This document shows, in pieces, positions 60,829 through 64,000 of a stretch of DNA of 64,000 nucleotides. Made by a program: the position numbers and the translations under genes. This DNA is from Thermoplasmatota archaeon (GTDB taxonomy: Archaea > Thermoplasmatota > JAKEGO01), in NCBI GenBank assembly GCA_028279595.1, contig JANQNK010000001.1, positions 189,891-253,890 on the forward strand. The letters are read 5' to 3'. The notes beneath the pieces were generated by a model. It was not told the DNA's origin. It made no database searches and worked only from the letters and a program-made list of their open reading frames with translations. The number at the start of each line of letters is the position of its first letter. The first letter of the stretch is position 1.

Positions 60829-61117
60829 TTCTCTCTTCAAACTCGGCATGTATTGTCTTCGCAGAGTCGGTGGCTTGATAGAGTCGCATTATTTGTCCTG
60901 GGGAGTTGTGAATAAGAGCCAGGTCGCCCGTTAATGCCCCTATTTCACTCATCCGTAGTAGGTGATAGCGGACCGTATCAAGGTCGATATCAGTTTGTCT
61001 CGAAATAGCTTCCGCTGACAAACCACCTTCTTCGTCTATGATGTGCCTAAAGATCGAATATCGATCCTTGTTTAATAGCAACATCACAAGGTTTCTCGCC
61101 TCTTCATCTACTACCAT
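60809..61117 (-). CDS. Winged HTH protein
   Basis: RYSIF....GGLSAEAIS......TVRYHL..M...G...RLY pattern. Confidence 0.65.
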   Translation of the reverse strand: MVVDEEARNLVMLLLNKDRYSIFRHIIDEEGGLSAEAISRQTDIDLDTVRYHLLRMSEIGALTGDLALIHNSPGQIMRLYQATDSAKTIHAEFEERITALQC

Positions 61118-61400
61118 ACTTTCACTTCATCCTTCGGTCGGTAGAGCGTTGCTCCTTGCTACTGCGGTTCACACTTACAGTACATTCTATTTATACCCAT
61201 TGTGGTAATATGTCATCGACTACACATACCACCACGATATTGCTATGGTGTCACTCCAGTAAATCTACATTTCCACTGGAATATTTAACTCTATCGATTT
61301 TTGATTTAACGCCTAAAAACGCCGTTTTTTACCGGATTTTTATTGAAATTGAAATAATTAACATTGGAGCTTTTTTCAATTATTCAATTTGGTTAAGATA

Positions 61401-61928
61401 CTATTTCTCCTCTTCTACATGTGGTTCAAATATCGTCATGAGATACCAATCCTCAGGCGATGGTTTATTGCGAGCACACCTAATTGCTTTATTGACGTAT
61501 TGAAATACTCCATCGTTTTTATCCATCCTGAGTGCGCCTTTATGGAACCGGACTACGATATATTTCGGTTTAACTTGAATCGGTCTCCTCGTAAACAGAG
61601 CCTTCTTATCTGTTACAATCTTACCTTCGAGCCTCACATCAGCAATATCCTCTTTTTCAATAATTCCAACTTCAACATCACCATTTAACACAATGATATT
61701 ATCATCTTCGTGCTCCAAATGAGTGCCCCAATACATCGCATGAGGAACTTGAATACCCCCTTCCCATCTCATGACTTCCGCACATAATCTCTGATCGTCT
61801 GTCGCAATTAAATTTACAGTCAGCTTTCCTTCGGGAGTTGGTTCCATGATTTGGTCCTCCATTAACCCACAACGCGATTCAGGAAAGATATCCCCCAATA
61901 AAAACCTTTTCATTAATGAAAACGGCAA
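61401..61928 (-). CDS. Hypothetical protein (start may be 61862)
   Basis: Long ORF in AT-rich DNA; no motif recognised. Confidence 0.45.
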   Translation of the reverse strand: MPFSLMKRFLLGDIFPESRCGLMEDQIMEPTPEGKLTVNLIATDDQRLCAEVMRWEGGIQVPHAMYWGTHLEHEDDNIIVLNGDVEVGIIEKEDIADVRLEGKIVTDKKALFTRRPIQVKPKYIVVRFHKGALRMDKNDGVFQYVNKAIRCARNKPSPEDWYLMTIFEPHVEEEK

Positions 61929-61955
61929 TATTCTCTATATTGGGGTACAATTTCG

Positions 61956-62705
61956 TTACCTATTAAGATTGTATTTTTTATCCAATATCGTACATATCTT
62001 CCTGTAAACATTTCTGAATTCCTTACTATATTCCAAATGATGTCTGATGTTCTGAAGATGGAGATGAAGTCCCGCTAAAATAACCATCATTGCACTCGTT
62101 CTTCTTGCGCTATAAGCCTTGGTATAGTTGTCAGTAATCAAGGCAGTGTGCTCTGACAATGGAATTGCTCCATCATACCCTGCAATGATATCCTTACTGC
62201 CTGGGAATACGGTACTCATGAGTTCGACGACGACCTTGGAAACTTCACCGATCTCGATAGGCGTGGGAAATTGTTGAATTTCATCTCCATATTTGACCTC
62301 ATTGAAAATTGAGTGATGAGAAGGAAGTAATCGCTCGATTTCCTTCTTGGAAATAACACCATATCGATAAAGAATAATTATACCGATATCAGTCATGAAG
62401 TAATGAATACTCCTTCTTCTGTCACCTTCAACTTGCTCACCGACTACTGCACCAATTGACTCCCAAAATGCGACATCAGAGTGGATCTTTTTCTTAGAAT
62501 GTTTTGTTATCTGACTGACCTGATATCGTGTGATCTCACTATTCTCAAAGATGGTCTGCAGCACGAAAAGTTTACCGATATCCTCTTTTCTTAAGTCGAT
62601 TGAAGTCCACCCCTTATGGGGTAGATTATAGTAGCTGTTTTTATTCAATAAGTAACGAATTCGAACCCTATGTTGTAACATATTGATAATACACATTCTG
62701 TACAC
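61956..62705 (-). CDS. Hypothetical protein with a probable wHTH domain (start uncertain)
   Basis: ITRYQVSQIT....IH..V..WE..G.V....G.RRRS..Y.MTD.G. Confidence 0.5.
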   Translation of the reverse strand: MYRMCIINMLQHRVRIRYLLNKNSYYNLPHKGWTSIDLRKEDIGKLFVLQTIFENSEITRYQVSQITKHSKKKIHSDVAFWESIGAVVGEQVEGDRRRSIHYFMTDIGIIILYRYGVISKKEIERLLPSHHSIFNEVKYGDEIQQFPTPIEIGEVSKVVVELMSTVFPGSKDIIAGYDGAIPLSEHTALITDNYTKAYSARRTSAMMVILAGLHLHLQNIRHHLEYSKEFRNVYRKICTILDKKYNLNR

Positions 62706-62788
62706 GAATATTGGTAGGGAACGATTATTACCTTGAAATTTGCCATAGGTACCGCTCGATATTAACCTTGATAATTACATTTCATATT

Positions 62789-64000
62789 ATGGGAACACGA
62801 ACGGATGAACGAAGAAATCCAACACAAGCCAGACTCTTCGATTACGTTCCGAAATCCTCATTCCAAAGTTATTTATATCCTCCAGAATCAATGAATATTG
62901 AAGCCGGGCGACGCAGGAACGCCCCCGGCCATGGAGGCGATAGGTTGAGTATCACCTCAGGAAAAAAGAAGCATGTCGTAGGTAAAGAACTTTTTGGAAA
63001 GGTTAGAGGTAAATTTCGGATTCGTGACACTCCACCGAAAATACCAGAGGATCGGCCGAGAAAGAGACCAGTTGGACCAACCCAAAATTGGGTTGCATAC
63101 AACAAAGCACAAGCCAATGAAATTGAATATTTCAATTCAATCTTGGCTGAGTTGGTATCAATGGTTGAAGAACCCGAACAAGTCATGGGAAGACCTCGAT
63201 TGCTACTCTCAGACCAAATATACTGTGCAGTTCTAAAGGTCTATTGTCAGAAATCAAGTAGAAGATCTCAAACACTGTATCGAGAAGCGAAGGAACGAAA
63301 TCATGTGCAACATGCGCCACATTACAACGCGATATCAAAGTTACTTCTCCGTGAAGACATCACACCGATACTTCATCAATTAATTCATCTATCAGCACTA
63401 CCACTTGCCATCGTCGAAAAGACCGTAGCTATTGATAGTACAGGTTTCCGATGTGCATCATTCAATCGGTATCACGAAGAGAAACATGGTGTCAAGAAAG
63501 AGCACGACTGGATAAAGGCCAATGCTTGTTGTGGAGTTGGATCGAATATCGTAATTGATGTTAGTATTACTGACGGTCATAGCGGTGACAGCCCCGAGTT
63601 TGAAGGGCTTCTTCGCAGAACAGTAGCAAACGGATTTGAGATAACTGAGGTGTTAGCTGACAAGGCGTATTTATCTCGCGACAATTTCAATGTAGCCGCT
63701 GAGTTAGGTGCAGTAGCGTACATCCCATTCAAATCGAATTCTACTGGTCGGAAGATGGGATCACCATTATGGAAGAAAATGTATTTTGAACATCTCCTTC
63801 ACAATGAGGAGTATATGGAACACTATTATAAACGGTCGAACGTAGAATCAACCTTTGGAGCGATTAAGCAGAAATTCGGCGAGAACCTGAAGTCGAAGAA
63901 ACCCGTGTCTCAGAAAAACGAACTCCTATGTAAGATCCTTGCATATAATATCACCGTGCTAATCCATGAGATGGTTGGGGAGCGGATTATGATAGAGTTA
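62789..64000 (+). mobile_element. DDE transposase (IS4/IS5-like), runs off the right edge
   Basis: Not in the ORF track. Open frame from ATG 62789 with QNWVAYNKAQ, GRPR, AIDSTGF, ADKAY, YYKRSNVESTF..IK.KFG. Confidence 0.88.

Overview
GC-rich archaeal DNA. CarS, Sec61beta, PCNA, Cgi121, Trm1 and CDC48 establish an archaeon; a DnaK system and double Zn-ribbon membrane proteins suggest Thermoplasmatota (inference). About 4.5-47.4 kb is a ~43 kb anaerobic aromatic-catabolism supercluster. It holds a Bzd-type class I benzoyl-CoA reductase (bzdNOPQ, BzdM ferredoxin, BzdV-like oxidoreductase), ring cleavage genes (dch, had, oah, SDR), two thiolases, a FadB-like enzyme, acyl-CoA dehydrogenase with a ferredoxin-fused ETF, a W/Mo aldehyde oxidoreductase with MoaD, IorAB, and a 2-hydroxyacid module (PanE-like reductase, FAD/Fe-S dehydrogenase, CoA ligase, ADP-forming ligase, 2-hydroxyacyl-CoA dehydratase subunit and activase). 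The reductase operon is led by an uncalled 46-aa DUF2080 gene and a GNAT behind overlapping palindromes, and it contains a sirtuin. A KaiC-CBS-antiporter operon, housekeeping genes, a heat-shock operon and an AT-rich segment with a DDE transposase follow. Main non-obvious signals: a dispersed, co-oriented hairpin repeat family with fully covarying stems; a candidate acyl-CoA-sensing/acylation circuit; a candidate Phe-to-benzoyl-CoA route through cinnamoyl-CoA; and two candidate ACG start codons. All assignments are from manual reading and motif recall; no database searches were run.
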